From NCBI GenBank assembly GCA_023266875.1, contig JAHFOJ010000001.1, forward strand, positions 12,851 through 76,850: 64,000 nt of DNA, given 5' to 3'. Shown piece by piece: positions 13,153-22,282 of this stretch. Source of the DNA: Candidatus Giovannonibacteria bacterium (lineage in GTDB: Bacteria > Patescibacteriota > Minisyncoccia > JACPKW01 > UBA11713). Below the pieces are notes generated by a model. That model searched no databases and was not told the DNA's origin. It saw nothing but the letters and a program-made list of their open reading frames with translations. A program made the position numbers and the translations under genes. The first letter of the stretch is position 1; each line of letters opens with the position of its first letter.

Positions 13153-13368
13153 CTACATTAACCACTGCACGCGTCCAACCGTGCCGTCGGTCAGTCTAAC
13201 TTTAATACCTCGCGGGTGCGAAACACCGGGACTTAATACTTCCTTCACGATCCCCTGCTTATAATTAGTCGTGCCATAATTTTCTTTCTCGATAATCCAA
13301 ACCGCGCTCCCAGGTTTAATTTGTGAGCGAGCCGGCGGATTCGGATTATCGTGTTTATCTTGCATCAT
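13153..13368 (-). CDS. YwbE-like small protein (DUF2196 family)
   Basis: 71 aa. ...GIVKEVLSPGVSHPRGIKVRLTDGTVGRVQ resembles Bacillus YwbE. Assignment is from memory of the family. Confidence 0.5.
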   Translation of the reverse strand: MMQDKHDNPNPPARSQIKPGSAVWIIEKENYGTTNYKQGIVKEVLSPGVSHPRGIKVRLTDGTVGRVQWLM

Positions 13369-13410
13369 TTTTTATCCAAAACCTTGACTTTTCTTATCCT
13401 AATCATCTTT

Positions 13411-16017
13411 TTACTTCCCATGGCACTTTTTATATTTCTTTCCTGACCCGCAAAAACATGGATCGTTTCTGCCGAGTTTATGTCCGTCCTTTGTCTGCTT
13501 TGCGCCTGCGGCTGACAATTTAAACTCTTGGACCGGTAAGGGCGGCGCGACCGTTCTAGATTCGTTTGCGTGAAACACAAGGCTGATGAACTGCGCGCGG
13601 AGCGAGGATTCAAATTCTCGAAATAGACCTATCGCTTCATTTTTGTATTCAACAAGCGGATCACGTTGGCCATATGCACGAAGGCGGACCGATGAACGCA
13701 TGTATTCCATTGCTTCCAGATGCTCGATCCAAAGCGTGTCGTTCGCGCGGAGCAAAAGCTGGCGAATTGTCGGCAAAAAATTCTGCCCCAACTCTGTTTC
13801 TTTCTTGCTGAAAATAGAACTCGCCGCCTCTTCCAGCTTTTCAGTTATTAAATCAGCTGAAATGTTATCCGAAAGCCACGAGAGATCTACGCTTTCTCCA
13901 AAGCGTGCTTTGATATCATCCGAAAGTAATTTTATATCTTTTTCCGGGCTGGCTTCGTATATTTCAGCGATAGTTTTTATCTCTTTCGATATATAATCCT
14001 TCGAAAACTTATTAATTTCTTCATCGGCCCCAAGAAGTAGCTTGCGCCTGCGCTCATAAACCGCCGTCCTTTGCTTATTCATAACATCGTCATATTCAAG
14101 AATATGTTTTCTCGAATCAAAATTGAAACCTTCAATTTTCGCCTGCGCGGATTCAATTGCAGAAGAGACAATGCGCGCCTCCACAGGCTCGTCTTCGGGA
14201 ATGCCAAAACGCCCCATCATGTTTTTGATCCGCTCCGAGCCAAAAATTTTCATCAAATCATCTTCAAGCGACACAAAGAATTGTGTAGCGCCCGAATCCC
14301 CTTGGCGCCCGGAGCGCCCCCGAAGCTGGTCATCAATGCGGCGCGCTTCATGGCGTTCAGTACCAAGTACAAAAAGCCCACCCGCCGCTTTTACCTCCTG
14401 GGCTTCTTTTCCGTCAGGTGGATTCCCGCCCAAAAGAATATCAACTCCGCGGCCCGCCAAGTTTGTGGCAACTGTAACCGCGCCTTTTCGTCCAGCCTGC
14501 GCGATAATTTCCGCTTCGCGTTCGTGGTTTTTCGCGTTTAAAACTTCATGCTTAATTCCTTCTCGATTCAATATTTCCGAAAGGCGCTCATTTTTTTCAA
14601 TCGATACTGTTCCTACAAGCACTGACTGCCCTTTCATAGTTCGCTCTTTAATCTCCCGTGCTACGGCGGTGAATTTACCCTTCTCGGTCTGATAAACTCG
14701 GTCAGGATAGTCTTGCCTTACCATTTCGCGGTTGGTTGGAATTGTAACCACTTCAAGCCCATAAACTTTATGAAATTCCTCTGCCGAGGAAGCGGCAGTT
14801 CCTGTCATCCCAGCTAACTTTTTGTACATTCGAAAATAATTTTGAAAAGTTATTGTCGCGAGCGTCCGCGATTCTTTCTGAACTTCCACTCCTTCTTTCG
14901 CCTCAATCGCCTGATGAAGCCCGTCAGACCACCGGCGCCCGGGCATGAGACGCCCCGTAAATTCGTCAACTATTATAACCTCGCCCTTGCGCACAACATA
15001 GTCGCGGTCAAGTATAAATAAAGCTTTCGCGCGAAGCGCCTGCTCCATATGATGGACATATTTGATGCCCCGCTCGGTGTAAATATTTTGGATGCCGAGA
15101 AGTTTCTCAACCTTTTCAATCCCGGCCTCGGTAACGCTAACCGCTTTGAATTTATTATCAACAGTATAATCTTCACTCTCTTTAAGATTAATCACAACCC
15201 GTGAAAAAATCCTATAGAGTTCCCCAGACTCCACATCGGGAGCAGAAATAATTAATGGAGTTCTTGCCTCGTCAATCAAAATCGAGTCCACTTCGTCCAC
15301 AATCACAAAATTATGTCCCCGCTGTGCAATATCATTTTCAGAATAAGCCATATTGTCGCGTAAATAATCAAATCCAAATTCATTATTAGTTCCATAAGTA
15401 ATATCTGCCTCATATGCCTCACGCCGCGTTACAGGACGTAAAAATTCACGAACGACGCGAAAAGATCCCAAGATATCCCGCTCTCGGTCTTCTTTTTCAT
15501 TCGCTTCATGCTTAGGGTCGTAAAGAAAACTTTCTTCATGGTTTAAAACACCGACAGATATGCCGAGAGCGTGGTAAATTTGCCCCATCCAAACCGCATC
15601 ACGGCGGGAAAGATAATCATTGACCGTAACAATATGGACCCCTCCGGGAATTTTGCCGGACAACGTGTTTAAATAAGCGGGCAAAGTCGCAACCAGTGTT
15701 TTTCCTTCCCCTGTTTTCATCTCTGCGATCTTCCCCTCGTGAAGTACAGACCCGCCAATAAGCTGCACGTTAAAATGGCGCTGGCCAAGCGTCCGCTTTG
15801 CGGCTTCGCGTACTGCGGCAAACGCCTCAGGCAAAATATCATCTAGGGCTTCTCCTTCGCTAACGCGTCTCCTAAACTCGATGGTTTTAGCTTTCAAGTC
15901 TTCCGGCGAAAGTTTTTCAAATTCGGCTTCAAAGTTAGAAACCTTTTGGACCATCGCTCTATAGGCAGTCTTGATCCGCGCGCTTGCATCCCCAAAAATT
16001 CTCGTGATAACACTCAT
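13411..16017 (-). CDS. secA: Preprotein translocase ATPase SecA
   Basis: 868 aa. DEAD-like motor motifs. C-terminal zinc-binding tail CFCGSGKKYKKCHG. Confidence 0.95.
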   Translation of the reverse strand: MSVITRIFGDASARIKTAYRAMVQKVSNFEAEFEKLSPEDLKAKTIEFRRRVSEGEALDDILPEAFAAVREAAKRTLGQRHFNVQLIGGSVLHEGKIAEMKTGEGKTLVATLPAYLNTLSGKIPGGVHIVTVNDYLSRRDAVWMGQIYHALGISVGVLNHEESFLYDPKHEANEKEDRERDILGSFRVVREFLRPVTRREAYEADITYGTNNEFGFDYLRDNMAYSENDIAQRGHNFVIVDEVDSILIDEARTPLIISAPDVESGELYRIFSRVVINLKESEDYTVDNKFKAVSVTEAGIEKVEKLLGIQNIYTERGIKYVHHMEQALRAKALFILDRDYVVRKGEVIIVDEFTGRLMPGRRWSDGLHQAIEAKEGVEVQKESRTLATITFQNYFRMYKKLAGMTGTAASSAEEFHKVYGLEVVTIPTNREMVRQDYPDRVYQTEKGKFTAVAREIKERTMKGQSVLVGTVSIEKNERLSEILNREGIKHEVLNAKNHEREAEIIAQAGRKGAVTVATNLAGRGVDILLGGNPPDGKEAQEVKAAGGLFVLGTERHEARRIDDQLRGRSGRQGDSGATQFFVSLEDDLMKIFGSERIKNMMGRFGIPEDEPVEARIVSSAIESAQAKIEGFNFDSRKHILEYDDVMNKQRTAVYERRRKLLLGADEEINKFSKDYISKEIKTIAEIYEASPEKDIKLLSDDIKARFGESVDLSWLSDNISADLITEKLEEAASSIFSKKETELGQNFLPTIRQLLLRANDTLWIEHLEAMEYMRSSVRLRAYGQRDPLVEYKNEAIGLFREFESSLRAQFISLVFHANESRTVAPPLPVQEFKLSAAGAKQTKDGHKLGRNDPCFCGSGKKYKKCHGK

Positions 16018-16083
16018 AGAATTTCCATATAATAGCTGAAAAAAGCACAGCTTTCAATTTTCTTATCCGCGTAAAGATTGAGC

Positions 16084-16494
16084 TTATTTCTTTCGAAACC
16101 AGTTTTTTGCGCCGAGCGCCAGAGTCGCAATGCGCATGCGATCTTTCGCGGCTCTCGCGCTCCTCAAAAATTTAGCAAAGCGCTTTTCCTTATATTCGCC
16201 GATTTGCCGCTCAAGCTCATTTTTTGCAACATCGATCGCCGCTTCAATATTTTCTTCAATAACTTCAAGATAGATTGTGCGCTTGTCGTGAGGCAATGGA
16301 ACATTAACCTCACATTTCCATATCTTACCTTCTTCGTGATGTTGAGTTATCTTCGCAAGCTCAACATCAATAAACGATTCCGGTTGGAGATGTTTGCCCA
16401 TACGCCTCACAAGCGGCTTTAAAAGTTTCTCTTGGGCGAGCGTTTCAAGGCCCGGAGTTAAAGAAAAACCAGAAGTTTTTATTCGCAGTCTCAT
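16084..16494 (-). CDS. hpf: Ribosome hibernation promoting factor / RaiA family
   Basis: 136 aa. YfiA/HPF-like beta-alpha-beta-beta-beta-alpha sequence (LKPLVRRMGKHL...VNVPLPHDKRTIYLEV). Location next to secA is typical. Confidence 0.8.
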   Translation of the reverse strand: MRLRIKTSGFSLTPGLETLAQEKLLKPLVRRMGKHLQPESFIDVELAKITQHHEEGKIWKCEVNVPLPHDKRTIYLEVIEENIEAAIDVAKNELERQIGEYKEKRFAKFLRSARAAKDRMRIATLALGAKNWFRKK

Positions 16495-16537
16495 GATTAA
16501 ATTATATTAATTATAACATCCCTCGTGAAAATATGTT

Positions 16538-17560
16538 TCAATAAGCTGGCAAATTATTTTTAAAACCGATATATTGGATTTCTTCTTCAAGTTGAATTCC
16601 GAATTTAGTGTGAATTCTTTCTTTGATCAAACTTATCAAGGTCACGATTTCTTCGGCACTCGCGCTACCATTATTAATTATGAAATTAGCATGTTTATTA
16701 GAAACCATCGCCCCTCCTATTTTAGTTCCTTTAAGCCCTGCTTCATCAATCAAGTAGCCTGCGGGAATCCCCATATTATTTTCGAATGCTCGCCATTTGG
16801 GAAATCTGGAAAATAAACGCTCCATATCGACATCTTTTCTTGCCCAAAGCACATTTTTAAATACCGATCCCGCAGTTTTTGCTCCTACTTCCTGCGAACT
16901 AGGGTTCCCGCCTTCGCTGAAAAACTCCCGCCAAACTTTAGCACCACCCTGTCCCCTTACTTTTAAAAATTCAGCCAGATGCCTTCGCGCCTCCAAGATA
17001 TTCCCTGACTTCAATTTTAAATAAGCGGAACAGATAATAAGGTCTGGGCGCTTTTTAAACATGCTGTCGCGATAGCCAAAATTGCAAGATTCATTAGATA
17101 CCAATTCAAAATCGAGCTTATTCGCGTTGAAAGCTAATACACTTTGGACGTGATTTTTCATCTCGCTTCCGAAACATCCGGCGTTCCCCCTGATTGATCC
17201 GCCAACTGTCCCTGGCACTCCCACTGCCCATTCAAATCCCACAAGCCCATTTTTCAGCGCAAAGCTGACCACCTCTGCCATTTTTGCCCCCGCTTCCGTA
17301 ATTATCGAATTACCGTCTATAGATATTTTTGAAAACTCCGGCCTCAAAACTAACCCATCAAAGCCGGAATCTGAAACGAGTAAATTCGAGCCTAGCCCCA
17401 AAATATAAAAAGGCAAGCGCTTAGATACTGCCCATTCTATTCCCTCCTTCAGCTCATCTCTAGTTTTGATTCTTAGAAAAAAACGCGCGGGGCCTCCGAT
17501 TTGAAAAACTGTAAATGGTTTAAGCGATATATTTTCTTTAATTTTCATATTGTCCTGCAA
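16538..17560 (-). CDS. murB: UDP-N-acetylenolpyruvoylglucosamine reductase
   Basis: 340 aa. FAD-binding N-terminal domain (LGLGSNLLVSD) and MurB C-terminal domain. Confidence 0.9.
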   Translation of the reverse strand: MQDNMKIKENISLKPFTVFQIGGPARFFLRIKTRDELKEGIEWAVSKRLPFYILGLGSNLLVSDSGFDGLVLRPEFSKISIDGNSIITEAGAKMAEVVSFALKNGLVGFEWAVGVPGTVGGSIRGNAGCFGSEMKNHVQSVLAFNANKLDFELVSNESCNFGYRDSMFKKRPDLIICSAYLKLKSGNILEARRHLAEFLKVRGQGGAKVWREFFSEGGNPSSQEVGAKTAGSVFKNVLWARKDVDMERLFSRFPKWRAFENNMGIPAGYLIDEAGLKGTKIGGAMVSNKHANFIINNGSASAEEIVTLISLIKERIHTKFGIQLEEEIQYIGFKNNLPAY

Positions 17561-17757
17561 CCGCTTATTTTTCTAAAAAGGGCCGTGAGGGGAAATCTAT
17601 GACTTCGTTACTCACACACTAGAGAGGGTGATTAGGGCAAACTCCGTGACAACGTCATTTTGTGAGTGCCAGCTAATCACCCACCCCAATAAATGAGCAA
17701 TGGGGAGGCAAATGCCTCAACTATCATAACATTAAAATTTCTCCAATGTAAGGGAGT
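17561..17757 (-). ncRNA. Candidate structured RNA or 5' leader upstream of murB; class unknown
   Basis: About 200 nt of non-coding sequence with several nested inverted repeats: GGGTGATTAG/CTAATCACCC, CACTCACA/TGTGAGT, CCCCA...TGGGG and TGAC-AAC-GTCA. No tRNA, tmRNA, RNase P or SRP consensus was recognised. Confidence 0.3.
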
Positions 17758-17785
17758 AAAATGCAAAATCCCGGTTGCCCGGGAT
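17758..17785 (-). terminator. Rho-independent terminator for the upstream sugar-transferase gene
   Basis: 7-bp stem ATCCCGG/CCGGGAT with loop TTGC at 17768..17785. On the minus strand it is followed by TTTTGCATTTT. A second minus-strand hairpin with a G-U wobble (GCCUGCC/GGUAGGC, about 17808..17821) lies just upstream. Confidence 0.5.
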
Positions 17786-17880
17786 CTTACATAGACGTTG
17801 GCTAAGTCGCCAGCCTACCGGCAGGCAGGCTTTCGCGACACTCACAAAGTAATCATATCAAACTCACAAAAAATGTCAAA

Positions 17881-19221
17881 TTAACGCCCAGAGCGTGAAA
17901 GTACTGCCGCTATGGTTTTAAGCAAAATCCTTATGTCCAAAAAAAACGAATAATTTTTTATGTAGTAAAGATCGTACTGGATTTTTTCTTCAGCATCATC
18001 TGCCGCGGCATCATTTTCCATATTTATCTGCGCCCAACCGGTTAGCCCCGGCACCACTAAGAGACGCGCCTGATAAAACGGGATGCGACTAGTCAGCTTT
18101 TGGACAAACTCCGGTCGCTCCGGGCGCGGACCGACAAAAGATATATCACCTCTTAAAACATTAATCACTTGCGGGATCTCATCTAAATAGGCGCGGCGCA
18201 TAAACTGTCCAAATTTCGTGTAAACACTTTGAGGTTCTTTATTCCAGCCGATGGTCTCATCGATACTGGTTCGAAATGAAGATCTATATTTTAAAAGTTC
18301 AAAAACTTTTTCTCCCCTGCCGACGCGCTTTTGGCGAAAAAATATCGGGCCGGGCGACTCAATTTTTATCGCAAGAGCGATAAACGGAAAAAGTATAAGC
18401 GCGGGCAAAGAAAAGATTATAGCGAAAATTATGTCGAATATGCGCTTCCAAAGTTCGTACGACCCGTGTCTCCTCATGGTAACATTTTCCAAAAACCAAT
18501 CTTTACGCAGAATAGAAGATGGAATTTTTGCGAATATATCCTCGTAAAAATCGCGAAAGTCGGTAAAGCTGACCTCACTGAAAAGCGCTTCATAAAAAAT
18601 AGATGAATCCGTTTCGGCCTTAAGCAACGAGAAGTCGGCAACGACTAAGGATATGCCGAGCTTTTGCAAATAATCCTGAAATTGCTCTTGGCCTAGAACA
18701 AATTTCTCCTTAAATTCTTGGGCAGAAATAATAGCCATTACTGAAAAACCGTAGAACGGGTGGCGTAAAAGCTCGCCCGCCAGCTTATCCGCTTCCTTGC
18801 CATCGGCTAAAAGTAAAATATTCTCTCCTTTTATATTAAAAAATAAGTATACGATTCTTCTCCAAAACCATAAAAGAATGGGCGAAATTAATAATATCAA
18901 GAATAAATTTGTTTTTGGCGTTATCCTAAAAAACGGGCTCAAATAAAAAATTGAGGCTGCAATCATGCTAGAGATAAACTGTGTTTTAAAAAGTCTGGGA
19001 AGAAAATCTATTTTTTTTACAATAATTTGCCTCGAGTAAAAGCCGGCAATATATAGAGCTAAAAGCCAAATGGTGAAAATTAAAATAAAAGGATAGAAAT
19101 GAGTATAAAATACATCACGGCTTGGAAGCGACAAATAGCGTAAGAAAAGCGCCAGCCATAAAGCGAACACTAAAATCAATATATCGCCAAGAATTAATAT
19201 AATAGTTTTTTTCTTAAACAT
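17881..19221 (-). CDS. Initiating polyprenyl-phosphate sugar-phosphotransferase (WbaP/EpsB-type bacterial sugar transferase)
   Basis: 446 aa. Four or five N-terminal TM helices. C-terminal bacterial sugar transferase domain ending ...DLYYIKNYSFFLDIRILLKT. Confidence 0.8.
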   Translation of the reverse strand: MFKKKTIILILGDILILVFALWLALFLRYLSLPSRDVFYTHFYPFILIFTIWLLALYIAGFYSRQIIVKKIDFLPRLFKTQFISSMIAASIFYLSPFFRITPKTNLFLILLISPILLWFWRRIVYLFFNIKGENILLLADGKEADKLAGELLRHPFYGFSVMAIISAQEFKEKFVLGQEQFQDYLQKLGISLVVADFSLLKAETDSSIFYEALFSEVSFTDFRDFYEDIFAKIPSSILRKDWFLENVTMRRHGSYELWKRIFDIIFAIIFSLPALILFPFIALAIKIESPGPIFFRQKRVGRGEKVFELLKYRSSFRTSIDETIGWNKEPQSVYTKFGQFMRRAYLDEIPQVINVLRGDISFVGPRPERPEFVQKLTSRIPFYQARLLVVPGLTGWAQINMENDAAADDAEEKIQYDLYYIKNYSFFLDIRILLKTIAAVLSRSGR

Positions 19222-19227
19222 GCGTTG

Positions 19228-19899
19228 TTACTTAAATTTATGCAGGATTAAGGATAAAAATGTCTTTATTCCGGTTTTTAAACTCTGCCCTTTGGATAAT
19301 GAATAATTCGTGTAAATCGATTCTATCGGGATTGTTTTAACTCTCGCCTTCAATCTATACAACTCCCCTATAATTTCAGATGATATCTCCATCCTGTCAC
19401 CAAGCGTTTGGAACTTTTTTAAAATGTCGCTCCTAAATCCCCTCAAGCCGGATTGAGTATCTTTGACATAAACTCCAAAAAAAAAGTAACCTAAAATATC
19501 CGCGAATGAATTGTAAATCTTTCTCAAGATCGGTGCATTTTTTGAAAAATCTCTGGCGCCGATTACCGCGTCCACATACCCCGATTTTAACATGGCCAGC
19601 ATAGGCAAAATATCTTTTGCATTATGTTGTCGATCGGCATCAAATGTTATGACAAAATCCGCGCGAAGTTCGAGCGCCTTTTTAAATCCTGTCTGCAAAC
19701 TGGCACCAAGCCCGCGGTTAATAATATGCCGCAAAACGATAGCTCCCGCGTTCTCTGCGACTTCTGCAGTTTTATCCCCCGAACCATCGTCTACTACGAT
19801 AATTGATTTTGTAACAGACATTAAATCCTCGATAACTCGGCGTATCGTGGCTGATTCATTAAATGCCGGGACAACGACTGTTACTAGGGAAGGCTTCAT
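19228..19899 (-). CDS. GT2 glycosyltransferase, DPM1-like (polyprenyl-phosphate sugar synthase type)
   Basis: 223 aa. VVVPAFNE...VVDDGSGD...DADRQH motifs (DXD and GT-A fold). No TM domain. Confidence 0.8.
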   Translation of the reverse strand: MKPSLVTVVVPAFNESATIRRVIEDLMSVTKSIIVVDDGSGDKTAEVAENAGAIVLRHIINRGLGASLQTGFKKALELRADFVITFDADRQHNAKDILPMLAMLKSGYVDAVIGARDFSKNAPILRKIYNSFADILGYFFFGVYVKDTQSGLRGFRSDILKKFQTLGDRMEISSEIIGELYRLKARVKTIPIESIYTNYSLSKGQSLKTGIKTFLSLILHKFK

Positions 19900-19969
19900 A
19901 AATTGAATATCTATAATAAGCTTATTTGGTCATATATTCAACGAGCAGAGTAAGAAAGATGTTTCGTCT

Positions 19970-22282
19970 CTATTTTGGCAAAGCGCGCCCTATAGTTTGA
20001 AGAAAATTTTCGGCCTCAATACGGCGCGATGGGTCAAGCTCAAAAACTCGCAGCGCGGCGCGGTAAGCTCCATCTTTATCCCCAGACATAGCTTGGAGAG
20101 CGGCGAATTTTGTATAAACATTTGTAATAGCACTCACATCAAAACCTTTATTTTGACTGTATTCCGCCTCCGCTCTATCAATAAGTATTTTATAAAAATT
20201 GCTTGCTTTATTGTATTTTTTTACTTTAGTGTACGCTTCGACTATATCTTCTATATCATTATCCGAAGTATGCCAACCAGCTTCAGCGGGAATATTCTCG
20301 CGGGGCCAGGAATTCTTACTAAGCCAATCAATTTCTCTAGAAGCTATATCATCGCGTCCGGATAATATCGCGAATGTTGCAAGGTGGCGATGCGCAAGCG
20401 GGAATCTGGGATCGAGAGAAATCGCAGATTCAAGAACTTTAAACGCTTCGTCCATTTTATTTTGATCAATTAGGGCTTGGGACAAGTCAAAATAGATTTG
20501 TTGGCGCTTTGGAGACAGAAAAAGCGCACGCCTCGCGGCAATTTCAGCCGTGGCGGCATACTCAGGATTTAATTTATCCCCTAAAATATAAAGATTTTCC
20601 AAATAGACAAGCCAGCGGGCATTCTCCTGCTCATATGATACATTCCGGCTGATTAGCCGGAGCGCCGTATTAAAATATCTTTTTTCCATTGCAGGCGCGA
20701 GCTTTGAACCGCCGCGCTTTAAATTAAAAACAAGCTCCGCAAAAAATCTCGTGAGCTCCGCATCCATGTAAGCAGGCTCGAGCATAGTTTTTTCATATGC
20801 GTCAATCGCAGAAGCATCATCCGAATTAGCGTATATATTGCTTAGCGCTTCATATGATTTAGCGTTTTTGCCAAGCTGCGCCGCATTTCCCTTCAAAATC
20901 AAAACCAGCGTGGCTAGAGTACCGAGAATAACAATCATAACTTTCAAAAACTCTGGCTTAAAGCCAGCATTTGATAAGGAATTGTTTATGATATGCTGTG
21001 CCACTTCATTATTAGTTCTTGAAACATACGCTAAAACCATCACGATAAATATCAAGACGGTAGCGTTATCAAAAACGAAAGTGTCATTTATTAGATAAGC
21101 AAATCCAAAAGATGTCATAATCGCCTTATCGGTGTAACTCCAAGAATTATTTCTCGCCCAGACATTTCGAAAAATTATCCATAACAAAACAGAAAATAAA
21201 AGGAGGCCCGCGATTCCGAGACTCGAAGTTAAATCCAAAAAGATATTATGAGCGCGGTCGAACCACGGCTCCTGGGCAAAAAGCGCTGGATCATAATATT
21301 TATTAAAAAGAATAATAAAGTTTTCAGGTCCCCAACCGAAAATAGGCCGCTCTTTGATGCCGTTTAAAGCGACGCGCCAGCTTAAAAGTCGCCCCTCAGT
21401 CGTCCGGTCGGAAAGCGAGATACTTGCAATACGCTGAACCGGTGAGAAATTGGCTTTTGCGAGACTGTCTCTAAAAAACCAAACAGATAAAAGCGAGACC
21501 GCGACCAAAACGATAAACGCTGCGCCAATTATTTTCATTTTACGCCGACTAAAAACCCAATATGAAAAATCATGCCGAGAAAAAACAAAAAATAGGGCGA
21601 GAGTGGTTAGCCCGATAGCAATGCCAAGAATCGCGCCGCGTGTTGCCGTCAAAAAAATAACTAAACCGTCGAAAAATGCCGCCGATGCGTAAAAAGCGCT
21701 CTTGAGGCCAAACTTTTTTTCTCTTCCCAAGAGATAAAGCGCAATAAAAAATTGAATCAAGAGAAATGAAGCAAGAAAGGCGGCATTGCCCATGGTTGAC
21801 TCAACCCTGCCGATATTCGTCAAAGTCATTTTTTGCCATACTCCATAGAGAGAAGCCCCAAGGCTTACTAAGATTGAAATATTGAAGTAACGAGCCCAAT
21901 CTTTTTCGTCCCTCATGATTGAAATTAAAATCAAAAAATATAGCCAAAGATGCGCGTATGTAAGAAGCCCCATCATGCGCTCATAATCAGACCAGAAACT
22001 AGCGTGAAATGACTTGCCAAAGTACGCTGAGACAATGCCGCATCCGAGCAATAAAGTCGCAACCCAAAAAACAGAATTAAGTCTGGGACGATATTTTTTG
22101 TAAAATAAGATTAAAGGCAGATAAAAGATAAAAGCAATTTCCAGCAATATTCTGAAATAAAAAGTTTTCGCGCTTGTATAAGGGAAAAACAATCTGCCAG
22201 AAAAAATAAGCGGTGTAGTTAAAATAGCCGCGAGTATTATCACGACCGACCAATATAATATTTTCTCTTTTGGGAACATCAA
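19970..22282 (-). CDS. O-antigen ligase/polymerase-like (Wzy_C) membrane protein with a C-terminal TPR domain
   Basis: 770 aa. About 10-12 TM helices. Large periplasmic loop motif ...GWGPENF...WFDRAHNIFLD. C-terminal roughly 300 aa are TPR-like repeats. Confidence 0.7.
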   Translation of the reverse strand: MMFPKEKILYWSVVIILAAILTTPLIFSGRLFFPYTSAKTFYFRILLEIAFIFYLPLILFYKKYRPRLNSVFWVATLLLGCGIVSAYFGKSFHASFWSDYERMMGLLTYAHLWLYFLILISIMRDEKDWARYFNISILVSLGASLYGVWQKMTLTNIGRVESTMGNAAFLASFLLIQFFIALYLLGREKKFGLKSAFYASAAFFDGLVIFLTATRGAILGIAIGLTTLALFFVFSRHDFSYWVFSRRKMKIIGAAFIVLVAVSLLSVWFFRDSLAKANFSPVQRIASISLSDRTTEGRLLSWRVALNGIKERPIFGWGPENFIILFNKYYDPALFAQEPWFDRAHNIFLDLTSSLGIAGLLLFSVLLWIIFRNVWARNNSWSYTDKAIMTSFGFAYLINDTFVFDNATVLIFIVMVLAYVSRTNNEVAQHIINNSLSNAGFKPEFLKVMIVILGTLATLVLILKGNAAQLGKNAKSYEALSNIYANSDDASAIDAYEKTMLEPAYMDAELTRFFAELVFNLKRGGSKLAPAMEKRYFNTALRLISRNVSYEQENARWLVYLENLYILGDKLNPEYAATAEIAARRALFLSPKRQQIYFDLSQALIDQNKMDEAFKVLESAISLDPRFPLAHRHLATFAILSGRDDIASREIDWLSKNSWPRENIPAEAGWHTSDNDIEDIVEAYTKVKKYNKASNFYKILIDRAEAEYSQNKGFDVSAITNVYTKFAALQAMSGDKDGAYRAALRVFELDPSRRIEAENFLQTIGRALPK

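Noticed and set aside
17561-17880. tRNA, tmRNA, RNase P RNA or SRP RNA in the murB upstream region
   Set aside because: No cloverleaf. No tmRNA tag ORF or 3' CCA-acceptor mimic. No RNase P P4 (AGGAAAGUCCGGGCU) motif. No SRP domain IV motif. Left as an unclassified structured element.
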